From the NCBI GenBank assembly GCA_965223505.1, contig CBDCWP010000038.1, positions 1 through 64,000 of the forward strand: DNA of 64,000 nt, given 5' to 3'. This stretch comes from Planctomycetota bacterium (GTDB lineage Bacteria > Planctomycetota > PLA2 > JAEUHO01). The position numbers were made by a program, and so were the translations under genes. Below the pieces are notes generated by a model. The model saw nothing but the letters and a program-made list of their open reading frames with translations, did no database searches and had not been told where the DNA came from. The number at the start of each line of letters is the position of its first letter. The stretch's first letter is position 1. This document shows positions 29,997 through 42,995 of this stretch, piece after piece.

Positions 29997-30327
29997 CTGC
30001 CGATCTCCGTTTGTTGGGTCCGAACCTCTGTTTGGTGGTGACTGCGACCTCGATACGCAGCCCCCTCCGGCATCCCGCAGGGTGCAACTCCCATACCGTC
30101 GCATACCCGGAATCCCATCCACCTGGACGGGGTGCTCCAACGGCTCGGGAACGCGGAGTTTAAGGGGGTTGAGCCCCATTCTCCAAGGGGAATGGCCCCC
30201 GCGCCCCACAACCGGAACGTTGGTCCGTGTGCGATATCGCACGAGTCGGATGAACGCCCGTCGCACGCCGCTTGTTACGGCCATGTTAGCTGGGGGCGTC
30301 GCCGGGCGACGGCGCATCGGTTCGACG

Positions 30328-31980
30328 TCAGACGCGGGCGGTCTGGCGGCCCACCACGTCGGCCAACCGCCGCTGACGTTGGGCGGATCCCAGCTCCCCC
30401 ACCGCCTCGTGGGCGCGCGCCAGGGCCTCGTAGCCGCGCGGATCGTCCGGCGCCGCGAGCACGTAGCGACGCAGCGGAAGCATCGCCTCGCGAGCCCGCC
30501 CGCAGCGCACGAGTGCCCGTCCGTAGTCGCGAAGCGCCGGGTCGTCCTCGGGAAGCACACGCGCAGCGGCGCGCCCGGCATTGACCGCGCGCAGGGTCTG
30601 GCCCGTCTGGAAGAGCCACTGCACGAGCAGGGACAGCGCCTGCGGGTGCCTTCGATTGCGGCGCAGGGCCGAGCGCAGACGCGCCCGCGCCAGGCCCAGC
30701 TTGCCCTGCTCGAGCGCCAGCTCCGCTGCGGCCGCCCACAACGACGGCACCTCCGGATTCCAGGAGAGGCCGCGAAGGAGGCCGCGCTCGGCGGCCTCCG
30801 GCCGCCCCTCCGCCAGCTGGGCGGCGGCGACGTCGAGATGCAGCTCCGGCTCCTCGGGATGGCGCCGGGCGGCGCGTGCGAGCACGCTCACCGCTTCGCG
30901 GCGGCGGCCCGAGCGTCCGAGGGAGCGGGCGAGCACGCGCGCATTCCGGATGTCGTCGGGGTCGAGACGCAGCGCCCGCCGCAGGGCACGGGCCGCTCGG
31001 ACGGGGCGGCCGAGCTCGAGCAGGGTCTCGCCGACGACGCGCCAGCTCGACGCACGGCGGGGGTGCGTCTGCAGCAGCCGTCGCAGCAGAGCGAGCCCGG
31101 CCCGGCGGTCGCCGTTGGCGATGTGCACCCGCGCGCCGAGGGCGACCACCTCCGGCTCGGGCGGCCAATCCTCGAACAGGGGGGCGAGCACGTCGCGCGC
31201 CCCGTCCGGGCGGCCGAGCTCGTTCAGGCTCTCGGCCCAGCGCGTACGGGCCTCGACGTACTCGGGATCGCCCTCCGCGGCCTCGCGATAGTGCTCCGCC
31301 GCGTCGGCCCAGCGCCCTTCACGGCGTGCGAGCTCGCCGAGCCCGTAGTGCGCATCGGTACGGAACCCCCCGTCGAGGGCCTTGAGGTACCAGTTGCGGG
31401 CGTCCGCGGGCCGGTCGAGCGCGGCATAGACGCGCGCCAGACCGACCGGCAGCTCCGGATGGTCGTCCGCGCGCAACCGCACCTGTTCCCAAGCCGAGAG
31501 CGCCTGGCTGGGCCGCCCCACGACGAGGTAGCCGACCGCGAGGTGCCGGAACACGTGCGGACAGGTCGGATCGAGCTCGACGACCCGCCGAGCGTGCTTC
31601 TCCGCGGACCGGATGTCGGCCTGGAGCGCGAAACAGTGCACGAGGTTGCAGTGGGCCTCTTCGAGCTCGTCGTCCAGCTCCTGCGCCTTGAGGAAGGCCC
31701 GGGTCGCGCGGGCGAGGTAGCCGAGGCGGCCGTAGCACAGCCCCAATCCGATCCAGGGCGCCGCGCTGGCGGGGCTCAGCGAGACGCACCGCCGGTAGCG
31801 CCGGATGGCGGCGCGCAGCTGATCGCTCTCGAGGTGGCAGTGCCCCAGGTACAGGTCGATGCGGGGGCTGATGACGCCGCGCCGGTCGAGGTTGCGAAGC
31901 ATCGTCCGCGCCACGCGCAGCTCACCCTCTTCGAAGCGTTCGACCGCCTTCGAAAGACGTCTGTCGGAGTCGTGCCACAT
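30328..31980 (-). CDS. Tetratricopeptide repeat protein
   Basis: Serial TPR motifs ([35 protein letters not shown]). Confidence 0.85.
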   Translation of the reverse strand: MWHDSDRRLSKAVERFEEGELRVARTMLRNLDRRGVISPRIDLYLGHCHLESDQLRAAIRRYRRCVSLSPASAAPWIGLGLCYGRLGYLARATRAFLKAQELDDELEEAHCNLVHCFALQADIRSAEKHARRVVELDPTCPHVFRHLAVGYLVVGRPSQALSAWEQVRLRADDHPELPVGLARVYAALDRPADARNWYLKALDGGFRTDAHYGLGELARREGRWADAAEHYREAAEGDPEYVEARTRWAESLNELGRPDGARDVLAPLFEDWPPEPEVVALGARVHIANGDRRAGLALLRRLLQTHPRRASSWRVVGETLLELGRPVRAARALRRALRLDPDDIRNARVLARSLGRSGRRREAVSVLARAARRHPEEPELHLDVAAAQLAEGRPEAAERGLLRGLSWNPEVPSLWAAAAELALEQGKLGLARARLRSALRRNRRHPQALSLLVQWLFQTGQTLRAVNAGRAAARVLPEDDPALRDYGRALVRCGRAREAMLPLRRYVLAAPDDPRGYEALARAHEAVGELGSAQRQRRLADVVGRQTARV

Positions 31981-32169
31981 CCGGCGGAAGTCTCGCAACG
32001 CCGGGGGACACGCCCGTGGAGGGGAACGCGCCCCGGGAGGGCCGCTCGCGGTGCGGCGGGCCGCGAGAAAGCTTGGTGCGCGGCCCGTTCGCGTTCTAAC
32101 GTGCCGGATTCTGTGCCGGGTCCTGCGCAAGAACGCGCTCGATCGGGATCCGCACGTGGAGTTCAAGCC

Positions 32170-34322
<2,153 letters not shown>

Positions 34323-34329
<7 letters not shown>

Positions 34330-34349
34330 GCGGCTGCGCCGCCTACTTC
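34323..34349. terminator. Perfect 12-bp hairpin overlapping the fusA stop
   Basis: GAAGTAGGCGGC-TGC-GCCGCCTACTTC. No clear U-tract, so may be REP-like rather than a terminator. Confidence 0.4.
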
Positions 34350-34350
34350 C

Positions 34351-34404
34351 GTAGGGGCAGCCCTTGTGGCTGCCCAATTGGGCGACCACGAGAGTCGCCC
34401 CTAC
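34351..34404. repeat. GTAG-family REP doublet
   Basis: GTAGGGGCAGCCCTTGTGGCTGCCCAATTGGGCGACCACGAGAGTCGCCCCTAC. Confidence 0.85.
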
Positions 34405-34691
34405 ATTCAGAGGCCGGCCGGTGGGCCCCCCCGATCCCGGTCCCGCTCGGGGTCCCGGTCGCGCCGGATACCCGTGTTCGCCCGCACGCGCCCGACCCCT
34501 CTCCGGTCACGCCCGATACCGTGCCAGGCTGGCGATTGTCTCGTTTTCGAGTCCACCGACACCGACCAGCCTCCAGAACCGTCCTTCACGAGCCCCCAAC
34601 GCGAAAACGCAACAATCGAGCCAGGCACGTTCGTTCCCCGGCATGCCCCCCTCGACTGGCGGGTCGCTGGGGCGAAGGCGCCGCAAAGTGA

Positions 34692-34869
34692 CGGAGGACG
34701 CCGCGTGGTCTGCCACGCAAGGACGACGGCACGAAGCGCCGCCGAGCATCCAGCGATCCGCCACTGCCACGCAAGGACGACGGCACGAAGCGCCGCCGAG
34801 CATCCAGCGATCCGCCACTGCCACGCAAGGACGACGGCACGAAGCGCCGCCGAGCACCCAGCGGCCCGC
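34692..34869 (-). repeat. 54-bp tandem repeat x3, related to the post-stop-codon repeat family
   Basis: TGCCACGCAAGGACGACGGCACGAAGCGCCGCCGAGCA at 34711, 34765 and 34819. Abuts the stop codon at 34870. Confidence 0.9.
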
Positions 34870-36819
34870 CTACATGATGTTGAAGAGTTGCTGGAGACTC
34901 GCACTGCGTGCCGGATAGTTCGCGCCGGCCGTCAATCGCGCCCGGCTCTCGACCGGCTCCGGATCACAGATCAACCCCAACGCCACCACCGCCATCGAAC
35001 GCAAGTACGTGTTGCGCCCGTCGTCTTCCGCCAGCTCGATCAACGATGGCACCGTGCGCGCGTCGCGTAACCGCCCCAGACCCGCCGCAATCGCCGCCTG
35101 GCCGCCCAACGACCGCGTCAGCCGCAGCTGACGCTCCAACGTCTCCGCCGTGCCGTCCACACCGAGCATCGCCAGCGCCTTCACGGCCCCCAGGAACACG
35201 GCGCCCGAAAGACGCTCGTCCAACAGCCGGCGCAGCGCGTTCACGATGTTCTCGCGCGGCTTGCCCATCAGCCCCAGTCCCAGCGCGCAGTGCGACCGCA
35301 GCACGCCGCTCGACCCGCGGTGCTGCGCGATCTCCAGCATGTCCTTCATCGGTACCTCGCTCCGCGTCAGACCCAACGCGGCGGCGTAGGCGCCGACGTC
35401 CTCGTCCGGCCCGCGTCCGCGCGTGAGCCCCTTGTGCAGCAGCTTCACCGACGCGCGCTGGAACTCGATCGCCTCGCGACCGAACGGCCTCACGTCGCGG
35501 CAGGCCAGTCCCAGCGCAATCGACGCGTACGGACGCAGCCGGGTCGACCCCTTGTAGGCCTCGTTTTGCAGGAACCTCGCCGCCCTCGATCCCACCAGCA
35601 CCAAGGTCGACTCGGCGCGTAGGTCCGCGCCCAGCAGCTGGCCCATCGCGATCAGCGTGAGGCCGCGCGCGGTCACGTTCGGCTCCTTCTTGATCGACGC
35701 CTGCAGCGCGTCGATCGCCGCGAGCCGCGCGGCCGGCACCATGCGCTCCGCGCGCTCCCCGAGCGCGATCGCCGCCGCGCCGCGCACCGCGACGTGTTCG
35801 CGCGACTTGCCGAGCACGTGGAACAGCGTCGTGTTGCAGTTGGGTCCGCGCTCCAGCCGCGCCAACGCCGTCAACGCGTGCGAGCGCTGGAAGCCGTCCC
35901 AGCGCCGCCCCATCGACGACTTGCGCACGATGATCTGTCGCAGCGCGTGGCGCACACCCTGCGGAACGCCCTCTTGCGGTTGCATGCTCATTGCCGTGAG
36001 CAACGCGATGCGCAGATCCGCGGCTGGGAACTTCTGATACATGCGCCGCCACAACGAGCGCGTCATCTGCCGTCCGTGCCGCTCGGCCGGCACGTCTCGA
36101 TAGGGCTGATCCGAGAGCAGGGCGATGGCGTACATCGAGAACGCGCGCACGCGCGTCGACGCCTTCTTGTCGTCGAACGTACCCAGCAGGAACGAACGCA
36201 GATCGTCGAGCACCCCCTGCGGCAGGCGCTCCGCCGGATCCGTGCGCCGCATCAATCCGAGCCCGAGCACGGCCGACTCGTGCACCTCGAGCGGTTGCGT
36301 CTTGTCGAGCACGAAGCGCTTCAGAAGCCGCACCGCCATCTCGTCGCCGGTCGAAACGCGGCCGATGGCGATGAGCGCCGTCGCGACGAGGCCCGGGTCG
36401 CTGCGCTCGAGCGGATCCACGATGCGCAGGAGCAACGGGAGAACCTCTTTCGAGACGATCCGCTGTCGCAGCAGCTCGGCCTCGCCGAGGCTGCCCGGCC
36501 CAGGCCGCCCGAGATCAAAGAGCCCCTCCGACGTGTTGGTCGTGGTCGTGCGCGCCGTGCGCTCGGGCAAGAGCGCCGCGGCATTCAACATCCACCAGGC
36601 TTGCCAGCCGTCGTCGAGCCAAAAGAGGTTGCCGTTGCCGCGCCCCCGGTTCGGCGATCCGGGACCGGTCGTCACGGGCGTGGGCACGCCCGGGGCAGGC
36701 GGCCCGGCGCCGTTGCCCGGCGCCACCGGGTTCCCGCCCTTGAAGTTGCCGCCGTGCGCCCACGCACTCGCCGTGAACACGGCGCTCAACGCGACGACAC
36801 TCAGCAACACGCGAACCAT
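34870..36819 (-). CDS. Secreted HEAT-repeat protein
   Basis: Signal peptide ending AWA-HGG, Pro/Gly linker, WQAWW motif, repeated RxxAAxALG helices. Confidence 0.8.
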   Translation of the reverse strand: MVRVLLSVVALSAVFTASAWAHGGNFKGGNPVAPGNGAGPPAPGVPTPVTTGPGSPNRGRGNGNLFWLDDGWQAWWMLNAAALLPERTARTTTTNTSEGLFDLGRPGPGSLGEAELLRQRIVSKEVLPLLLRIVDPLERSDPGLVATALIAIGRVSTGDEMAVRLLKRFVLDKTQPLEVHESAVLGLGLMRRTDPAERLPQGVLDDLRSFLLGTFDDKKASTRVRAFSMYAIALLSDQPYRDVPAERHGRQMTRSLWRRMYQKFPAADLRIALLTAMSMQPQEGVPQGVRHALRQIIVRKSSMGRRWDGFQRSHALTALARLERGPNCNTTLFHVLGKSREHVAVRGAAAIALGERAERMVPAARLAAIDALQASIKKEPNVTARGLTLIAMGQLLGADLRAESTLVLVGSRAARFLQNEAYKGSTRLRPYASIALGLACRDVRPFGREAIEFQRASVKLLHKGLTRGRGPDEDVGAYAAALGLTRSEVPMKDMLEIAQHRGSSGVLRSHCALGLGLMGKPRENIVNALRRLLDERLSGAVFLGAVKALAMLGVDGTAETLERQLRLTRSLGGQAAIAAGLGRLRDARTVPSLIELAEDDGRNTYLRSMAVVALGLICDPEPVESRARLTAGANYPARSASLQQLFNIM

Positions 36820-38798
36820 CACAGAATCGTAAACGCCTCCCGTAACGCCGCGTTGGGCAACGCGTAGTTGGCCGGCAACATGATGCGCAGCAGACTGGGT
36901 CGAAGCTCCGGATCGACGAGCCGCCCGAGCGACACGACGGCCATTGCTTGCACGACCTCGCGCACGTCGCTTCGACGCGCGAGCGCGCACAACGGGTTCA
37001 CCGCTTCCAGATCGCCGAGGTTGCCGAGCGCCGTCGTGAGCTGAGCCAGCTTGGACACCGACTCGGTCTCGACGAGCTCGTCCGTCAACCGTTGCGCGAC
37101 ACCCGATCGGCCCAGGAGACCCAGCGCCAGCGCGCTGCGGCCCTGGAGCGCCGGCGACTTCGCGGCTGCGAGCCCGACGTCCAACGCCGTGAAGACGTCC
37201 TTGCTGCGGATCCCGATCTGGCCCAACGCCAGAGCGGCATGTCCGCGCAGCTCTCCGATCGCGTCGGGCTTGCGCACGACCGGCACGAGGGCCGTCGTCG
37301 CCCCGGGCAACCCCATCAATCCCAGCGCGACGGCCGCCGCGCCGCGCGCCGACGCGGTTGCGGTCTTCGCGCGAAACGCGTCGAGCAGGTACAGCTGGGC
37401 GCGATCACGGAACGCGATGCCCTCGCCGACGCTGCCGCCGTGGTGCGCGGCCAACGCCAGCGCGATCAACCCGAAGCCACGCTCGTACCACTTGCCCTTG
37501 CGCGCGCGTTGCTCGATGACGGCGCGCGCCTGGGTCGCCTCGAGCACGCGCGTGCTGCCCCCGGCCAGATCCGCGCCCAGGATCCGGCCGAGCGCGATCG
37601 CGCGCAGGCCGCCGACGAGCATGCTCTCGTCGCCCTTCGGCGCGCGCGCGAGCGCGCTTGCGAGCACGACGCGCTCGCCCGCGCCCCACTGTTCGACGAA
37701 CGTGCCGATGGCGAGCAGCGCCGAGACGCGCAGCTCGTCCTGGGTGCGGGGATTGGAGAGCACGCGCAGGATCATTGCGCGCGCGGCGGGACCGCCCTGG
37801 CGCGCGACCGCCGTCAGCGCGTGCGCCCGCTCGACCAGGTCCCACTTGCGGCCCTGGACCTTTTCGCCCGCGACGATACCGCGCAGTCCCTCGCGTACGC
37901 CCTCGGGGATGCCCGCGCGCGGCTGCAAGCCCAACGCGGTGATCAACGCGATACGCAGGCTGCGCTTCGGATAGACGTTGCCCAGCCGCTGCCAGATCAG
38001 CTGCGACAGCAGACGGCCGTCCTTGGCACGCACGTGGTCCTGGAACGGCTGATCCCCGAGCAGTCCGATCGCGTACATCGCGAAGATCCGCGTGCGCTCC
38101 GGGACGCGCAAGTGTTCCGCGCCCGCCCGTGTGTCGAACGCGTACAGCAGGCGCTGGCGCACCTTCTCGATGCGTAACGCCTGGAGCTGCTGCGCGGGGT
38201 CGGTTCTTCGCAACAGCCCGAGGCCGAGCGCGGCGGACTCGCGCACGATGCCGGGGGCGCTCTCGTCTTCCATCCAGTGCAGCAGCAGGTCGATCGAACC
38301 GGGATCGCTCGTGATCTTGCCCAGTGCGATGCATGCCGATGCGCGCACGTCAGCGCGGTACTTCGACTGCGGATCGAGGATTTCACGCAGCAGCGGCTCG
38401 ACGCGGTCCGTGGCGAGCTTTGCGCGATCCGCGTTCCATTCGGTCAGGTCACCGGGGGTGATCCAGCGTTGGCGCACCATGCGACGGTCAGGCAACGCGT
38501 GCGGCCGGTTCAGCTCCCACCAGAACTCCCAGGTGTCTTCGAAGCTCGGCGTGATCTCGCGCGGCTTGCGGCGCCCGACCCGGCCGCCGGTGAGGCCGCC
38601 GCGCCCGGGTGTCGTGATCGGACCGCCGAATCCGGGATCGACGTGTCCCGGGGTCTCGCCGGGCTTGGCACCGGGAGGGCCGCCGGGACCGCTCTCGGGA
38701 GGCGGCGGGACGAAGACGCCGCCGTGGGCGTGGGCAGGCGCGGGGTTCGCGCCACAGATCAGCGCCGCGGCCAGCGTGCAGGCGCCCCAGCGGGCCAT
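36819..38798 (-). CDS. Secreted HEAT-repeat protein (paralogue of the downstream gene)
   Basis: AHA-HGG, WEFWWELN, VRASACIALG, VRESAALGLG. Stop overlaps the next start. Alternative TTG start at 38831. Confidence 0.8.
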   Translation of the reverse strand: MARWGACTLAAALICGANPAPAHAHGGVFVPPPPESGPGGPPGAKPGETPGHVDPGFGGPITTPGRGGLTGGRVGRRKPREITPSFEDTWEFWWELNRPHALPDRRMVRQRWITPGDLTEWNADRAKLATDRVEPLLREILDPQSKYRADVRASACIALGKITSDPGSIDLLLHWMEDESAPGIVRESAALGLGLLRRTDPAQQLQALRIEKVRQRLLYAFDTRAGAEHLRVPERTRIFAMYAIGLLGDQPFQDHVRAKDGRLLSQLIWQRLGNVYPKRSLRIALITALGLQPRAGIPEGVREGLRGIVAGEKVQGRKWDLVERAHALTAVARQGGPAARAMILRVLSNPRTQDELRVSALLAIGTFVEQWGAGERVVLASALARAPKGDESMLVGGLRAIALGRILGADLAGGSTRVLEATQARAVIEQRARKGKWYERGFGLIALALAAHHGGSVGEGIAFRDRAQLYLLDAFRAKTATASARGAAAVALGLMGLPGATTALVPVVRKPDAIGELRGHAALALGQIGIRSKDVFTALDVGLAAAKSPALQGRSALALGLLGRSGVAQRLTDELVETESVSKLAQLTTALGNLGDLEAVNPLCALARRSDVREVVQAMAVVSLGRLVDPELRPSLLRIMLPANYALPNAALREAFTIL

Positions 38799-38906
38799 CG
38801 CAGCCGGAAGCGAACGCCGGTGCACCGTCAAACGGCAGCCTCCCCAGGACCTGTCAAGCAGGCCCCTCGACCATGAGAACGCCGTCGGGAGCCTGCTTGC
38901 AGCAGG

Positions 38907-41900
38907 CTATCGGTTGTTGGCCGGCTCGCTGGCCGCGTTGGTGTCGACGCCCCACTCGAGCAGCTCGGACACGACCTTGCCGTCGCGCTCGCGCTTCACG
39001 AGCCCGTTCACGGGGATCTCGCCGCAGATCCAGCGCTTGCTCACGGTGCCGCGCCGGCTCTTGAACGTGATCACGTGGCAGTCGAGCGACTTGCCGCCGA
39101 TTTCGATCGTCTCCTTGGAAACGGTCGTGTCGCCGCGGCCCTTGCCGCGCAGCGGCATCGTCTTGCGACGCTTGTGCTTCACGACGTTGCCGCGAATCAC
39201 GGTGTCGCCGTGAAGGATCTCGCTCTTGATGTGCACCTCGTCGGCCGTCACGGCGACCACGCGCAGCGTGCTGACCGTCTCCTGCCCTTGCACCACGTTT
39301 CGCATCTTGATCCACTCGCCGACCTTGGCGTCGCGAAGCGGGTGCGGAATGCCGGTCGTCTCGTCGTCGGTAGACGGTGTCGCGGCCGACGGCCCGGGCA
39401 CGGGCTTGTCGGTGACCGGCTTGTCGGTCATCGGCCTGTCGTCGGTTGCCGGTTGCTCGTCGGTGGCGGGCTTCTCGCTGTCCTTCACCTCTTCGACGCC
39501 CCACTCGAGCGCCTCGAGCAGCGTGGCCTCGCCGAGCTTGACCCGCCAAACGCCCAGCGCCGGAACAGCGTTGGTGACGTGCATCTCGAGCTGACCGCCG
39601 CCGAAGTCCACGAACACCTTCGCGACGTCGACGTTGTCACCCTTCACGTCCTGCTTGGACGTCGAGTGCTCACCGACGGGACCAAGCGCCGTCAGCGACT
39701 CGAGGAGACCCGTGTTCGGCCACGCCTCCGGCAGCGGAATGTTGAGCGGCGGGCCCTCTTCGACCTCGAACGGCGCGATCACGTTGCCGTCGACGATGTC
39801 GACGACCTTCACCTTGAGGATGATCTTCGCCTGGTCCTGCATGCCGGGCATCGTGAAGCGGTAGCGCACCCACTCGCCCTTTTTGACGTCGGCCAGCGGG
39901 TCCATGGCGCCGGCCGTCCGCTTCGCCGCGTCGCCGTCCTTGGGCGGCGTCGGCTGCGGCGTCGTGGGCTTCTTGGGCTCGTCCGCCTTCGGCGTCGCCT
40001 TGGGTGTCGTCGGCTGCTTCGGCGTCGTGGGCTTCTTCGCCTTCTGCTCGGCCTTGTACGCCTTGATGTCGGCCTTGAGCACCTCGATCGCCTTGAGCAG
40101 CTGGGGATCGCGGTTCGCGCGGCGATCCGCCGCGGTCTCTTCGACGTGGACGTGCGGCTTGACGCCGTGCCCCTCGAGGTTGGTGTCATCCAGGCCGAAG
40201 TACCCGACGTGCGGGATCCGGAACGTCGTGCCGTCCGACAGCGTGATGTCGTTCGTCCCGATCACGCCGCCGGGCGTCGGCACGCCGACGACCTTGCCGA
40301 GCTCCATGGCCTTGAAGCACCACGGGAACACCTCGGCGTCCGAAAACGAACGCTCGTTGATGAGCACGACGACCGGCCGGCCCCAGTACTGGTCGAGGTT
40401 CGGCTGCGGCAGCGTGCGGCCGCGCATCGCGCGAGGGCGCACCTTGGCGAACGGACGGGCGCTCAGGATCTGGATGAGCTGCTGGTGGATGTTGCCGCCG
40501 CCGTTGTTGCGTACGTCCAGCACCATGCCGTCGATCGGCGGCCGGCCGCGGCGCTGCTGGTTCCACGACGCGACGGCGTTGCGGAACTTCTGGAGGTTCT
40601 GCGGGTTCATCGCGCTCAGGTGGATGTAGCCGACGCGGCCGCCGGTCTTCTGCCGCACGATGCGCGCGTTGCGACGCAGCCAGGCCTGGCCCTTGAGATT
40701 CGCGATCGCGCCTGCGCCCACCGGCTCCAGCGTGTCCACCGCGCGCTCGTCGCCCAGTCCCTCCTCCGAGATCGGGCGGTAGCGCACGAGGATCTTCTTG
40801 CCGGCGGTGCCGGCGAGAAGGCGATCGATGTCGGTGTCGGCCTTGATGCGGGTCTTGTTGAGCACGACGACCTCGTCACCGACGCGCAAGCCCACCTTGT
40901 CGGCGGGGCCGCCGCGCAGCACCGAGGCGATCTTGCGCCCGCCGCTCTGGCCGGGCTTCTCGGCGAATTCGAGCCCGAGGTAGCCGGTCGGCGTCGCGCG
41001 CGCCGCGACGGCGTTCGACGTCTTGGTGCCGCCGCGAATGCCGAGGTGGCTCGCGTTGAGCTCGGCGAGCATCTGTCGGATGACGTTCTGGAACTCGTCC
41101 TTGCTCTCCGCGTCGATGGCCATGTCGCGGTACTTCGTCTTCATCGCGTCCCAGTTGACGCCGTGCATCTTCGGGTCGTAGAAGCCCTCCTTGAGGCGGC
41201 CCCAAGCCTCGTCGAAGAGGTTCGCGAGCTCGTTGCGCAGGTCGACCTCGATCGTGCCGATGAAGGAGATCTTCTCGCGGTTCTCGATGCCGCTCGGCGC
41301 CGGAACGCGATAGATCTCCTCGCGCCCGCGCGCGCCCGCCGCGTAGTAGATGAAGTCCCCGCGCGGGCTCCAGCACGCCGCGGACCCGTTGCGAGCGATC
41401 TGCATCGACGGTCCGCCGTTGACGCTCGTGACATAGAGACCGCCGGAGCGGCCGCCCGTGGGGTTGAACGACTCGTAGACCAGGAAGCGCCCGTCCGGCG
41501 AGAAGTTCGGCACCTGCAGGAAGCCGCCGCCCGAGGTCACGCGGCGAACGTCCGAGCCGTCCGCGTTCATGACGAAGATCGCCTGGTTGCCGGCGCGCGC
41601 CGAGTCGAACGCGATCAGGCGCCCGTCCGGCGAGAACACCGGATCGTCGTCCGCGGCCGGGTCCTTCGTGAGCTGCGTCGTCTTCTTCGTCTTGACGTCG
41701 ATCGTCCAGATGTCGCGGTTGCCGCTGCGCTCCGAGCAGAAGACGAGCTTCGTGCCGTCGGGCGACCACGCGTGGAAGAAGTCGCCCTTCTCGTGCTTGG
41801 TGATCTGCTCGATCTTGCCCGTCTTCAGGTCGATCGTGAAGATGCAGCTGCCCTTCGCGCGATCCGACTGGAATGCGACCTTGGTGCCGTCCGGGCTGAA

Positions 41901-42995
41901 GCGCGGCCACTCGTCCTTGTGGATGCCCGTCGTCAGACGCGCGGCGTTGCCGCCGTTGGCGGGCATGGTCCACAGATCGCCGTGCACGCTGAAGACGAGC
42001 CGTCCGTCCTTCGAAACGTGCACCTGCTGGGTGCCCGAGTTGATCGTGCGCTTGGCGATCCCGCTGTGGCGCACGTCGCTCAGGATCGTGAGCTTGATCG
42101 GGTTCGCGGGCGCGTCCTTGGCCGTGACGTCCGTGTGGAAGAGCTTGCCGCCGCGCTCGAACACGACGCGCTTGCCGTCCGGCGACGGGTCGGGGCGGTG
42201 CACGTCCAGCCCGGTGTACTTGCTGATCTGCGTGCGCTCGCCGCCGGCCGCGGGGATGCTGTAGAAGTTCGCGACGCCCTTCTCCTCGGCGACGTAGTAG
42301 ATCGTCTTGCCGTCCTTGGAGAACCACGGGTAGCGCTCGTTGCCGTCGGTCTTGGTGACGCGCTTCGGGTCGGCGTCGGGGTCGCCGACGGGCATCGTGT
42401 AGATGTCGTAGTTGCCCGAGCCCTCGTAGTTGTCCTGGTAGATCGTGTTGGTGCCGTTCACGTAGACGATGTGCTTGCCGTCGGACGAGTACGCGACGTC
42501 GCGCACGTTGCCGTCGCGCGTGAGGCGGCGGACGCTGCCGCCCGTGACCGGAACCTCGAACGCGTTGAGACCGGGCGTGCCGGCGTCGCGGTTGGAGACG
42601 AACAGCAGCCGCTTCCCGTCGGGCGACCACTCGCACATGATCTCGATACCGCTGTGGAACGTGACGCGCTTCGGCACGCCGCCGTCGACGCCGACGACGA
42701 AGAGGTCGTAGCCGCCGTTGCGCTGGGACGAGAAGGCGATGTGCTTCCCGTCGGGACTGATGCGCGGCAGCGTGTCCTGCGCCTCGTGGATCGTGAGCCG
42801 GTCGGCGTGCTTGCCGTCGGTCTTCGCGACCCAGATGTCGCCGCGGTAGGCGAACGCGACGGTCTTGCCGTCGGGCGTCAGCGAGGGGTAGCGCAGACCG
42901 CGCGTCTCCTTGTCGGCGGCGGAGGCGTCGCCGGCCGAGACGGCGAGCAGCGCAACGAGAGCGGCGAGCGAGAGGAAGGAACCGAGTCGCAGCAT
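38907..42995 (-). CDS. Tricorn-like S41 protease (TolB/PD40 propellers, PDZ, S41 catalytic domain) with C-terminal extension
   Basis: Multiple P.wSPDG repeats, MLAELNASH, PDZ GGPADKVGL, DVRNNGGG, SFSDAE, NLEGHGVKP. Confidence 0.9.
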   Translation of the reverse strand: MLRLGSFLSLAALVALLAVSAGDASAADKETRGLRYPSLTPDGKTVAFAYRGDIWVAKTDGKHADRLTIHEAQDTLPRISPDGKHIAFSSQRNGGYDLFVVGVDGGVPKRVTFHSGIEIMCEWSPDGKRLLFVSNRDAGTPGLNAFEVPVTGGSVRRLTRDGNVRDVAYSSDGKHIVYVNGTNTIYQDNYEGSGNYDIYTMPVGDPDADPKRVTKTDGNERYPWFSKDGKTIYYVAEEKGVANFYSIPAAGGERTQISKYTGLDVHRPDPSPDGKRVVFERGGKLFHTDVTAKDAPANPIKLTILSDVRHSGIAKRTINSGTQQVHVSKDGRLVFSVHGDLWTMPANGGNAARLTTGIHKDEWPRFSPDGTKVAFQSDRAKGSCIFTIDLKTGKIEQITKHEKGDFFHAWSPDGTKLVFCSERSGNRDIWTIDVKTKKTTQLTKDPAADDDPVFSPDGRLIAFDSARAGNQAIFVMNADGSDVRRVTSGGGFLQVPNFSPDGRFLVYESFNPTGGRSGGLYVTSVNGGPSMQIARNGSAACWSPRGDFIYYAAGARGREEIYRVPAPSGIENREKISFIGTIEVDLRNELANLFDEAWGRLKEGFYDPKMHGVNWDAMKTKYRDMAIDAESKDEFQNVIRQMLAELNASHLGIRGGTKTSNAVAARATPTGYLGLEFAEKPGQSGGRKIASVLRGGPADKVGLRVGDEVVVLNKTRIKADTDIDRLLAGTAGKKILVRYRPISEEGLGDERAVDTLEPVGAGAIANLKGQAWLRRNARIVRQKTGGRVGYIHLSAMNPQNLQKFRNAVASWNQQRRGRPPIDGMVLDVRNNGGGNIHQQLIQILSARPFAKVRPRAMRGRTLPQPNLDQYWGRPVVVLINERSFSDAEVFPWCFKAMELGKVVGVPTPGGVIGTNDITLSDGTTFRIPHVGYFGLDDTNLEGHGVKPHVHVEETAADRRANRDPQLLKAIEVLKADIKAYKAEQKAKKPTTPKQPTTPKATPKADEPKKPTTPQPTPPKDGDAAKRTAGAMDPLADVKKGEWVRYRFTMPGMQDQAKIILKVKVVDIVDGNVIAPFEVEEGPPLNIPLPEAWPNTGLLESLTALGPVGEHSTSKQDVKGDNVDVAKVFVDFGGGQLEMHVTNAVPALGVWRVKLGEATLLEALEWGVEEVKDSEKPATDEQPATDDRPMTDKPVTDKPVPGPSAATPSTDDETTGIPHPLRDAKVGEWIKMRNVVQGQETVSTLRVVAVTADEVHIKSEILHGDTVIRGNVVKHKRRKTMPLRGKGRGDTTVSKETIEIGGKSLDCHVITFKSRRGTVSKRWICGEIPVNGLVKRERDGKVVSELLEWGVDTNAASEPANNR

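Noticed and set aside
30270..30295. Sigma-54 promoter upstream of the surface protein gene
   Set aside because: TGGC is present but there is no TTGC at the required spacing.
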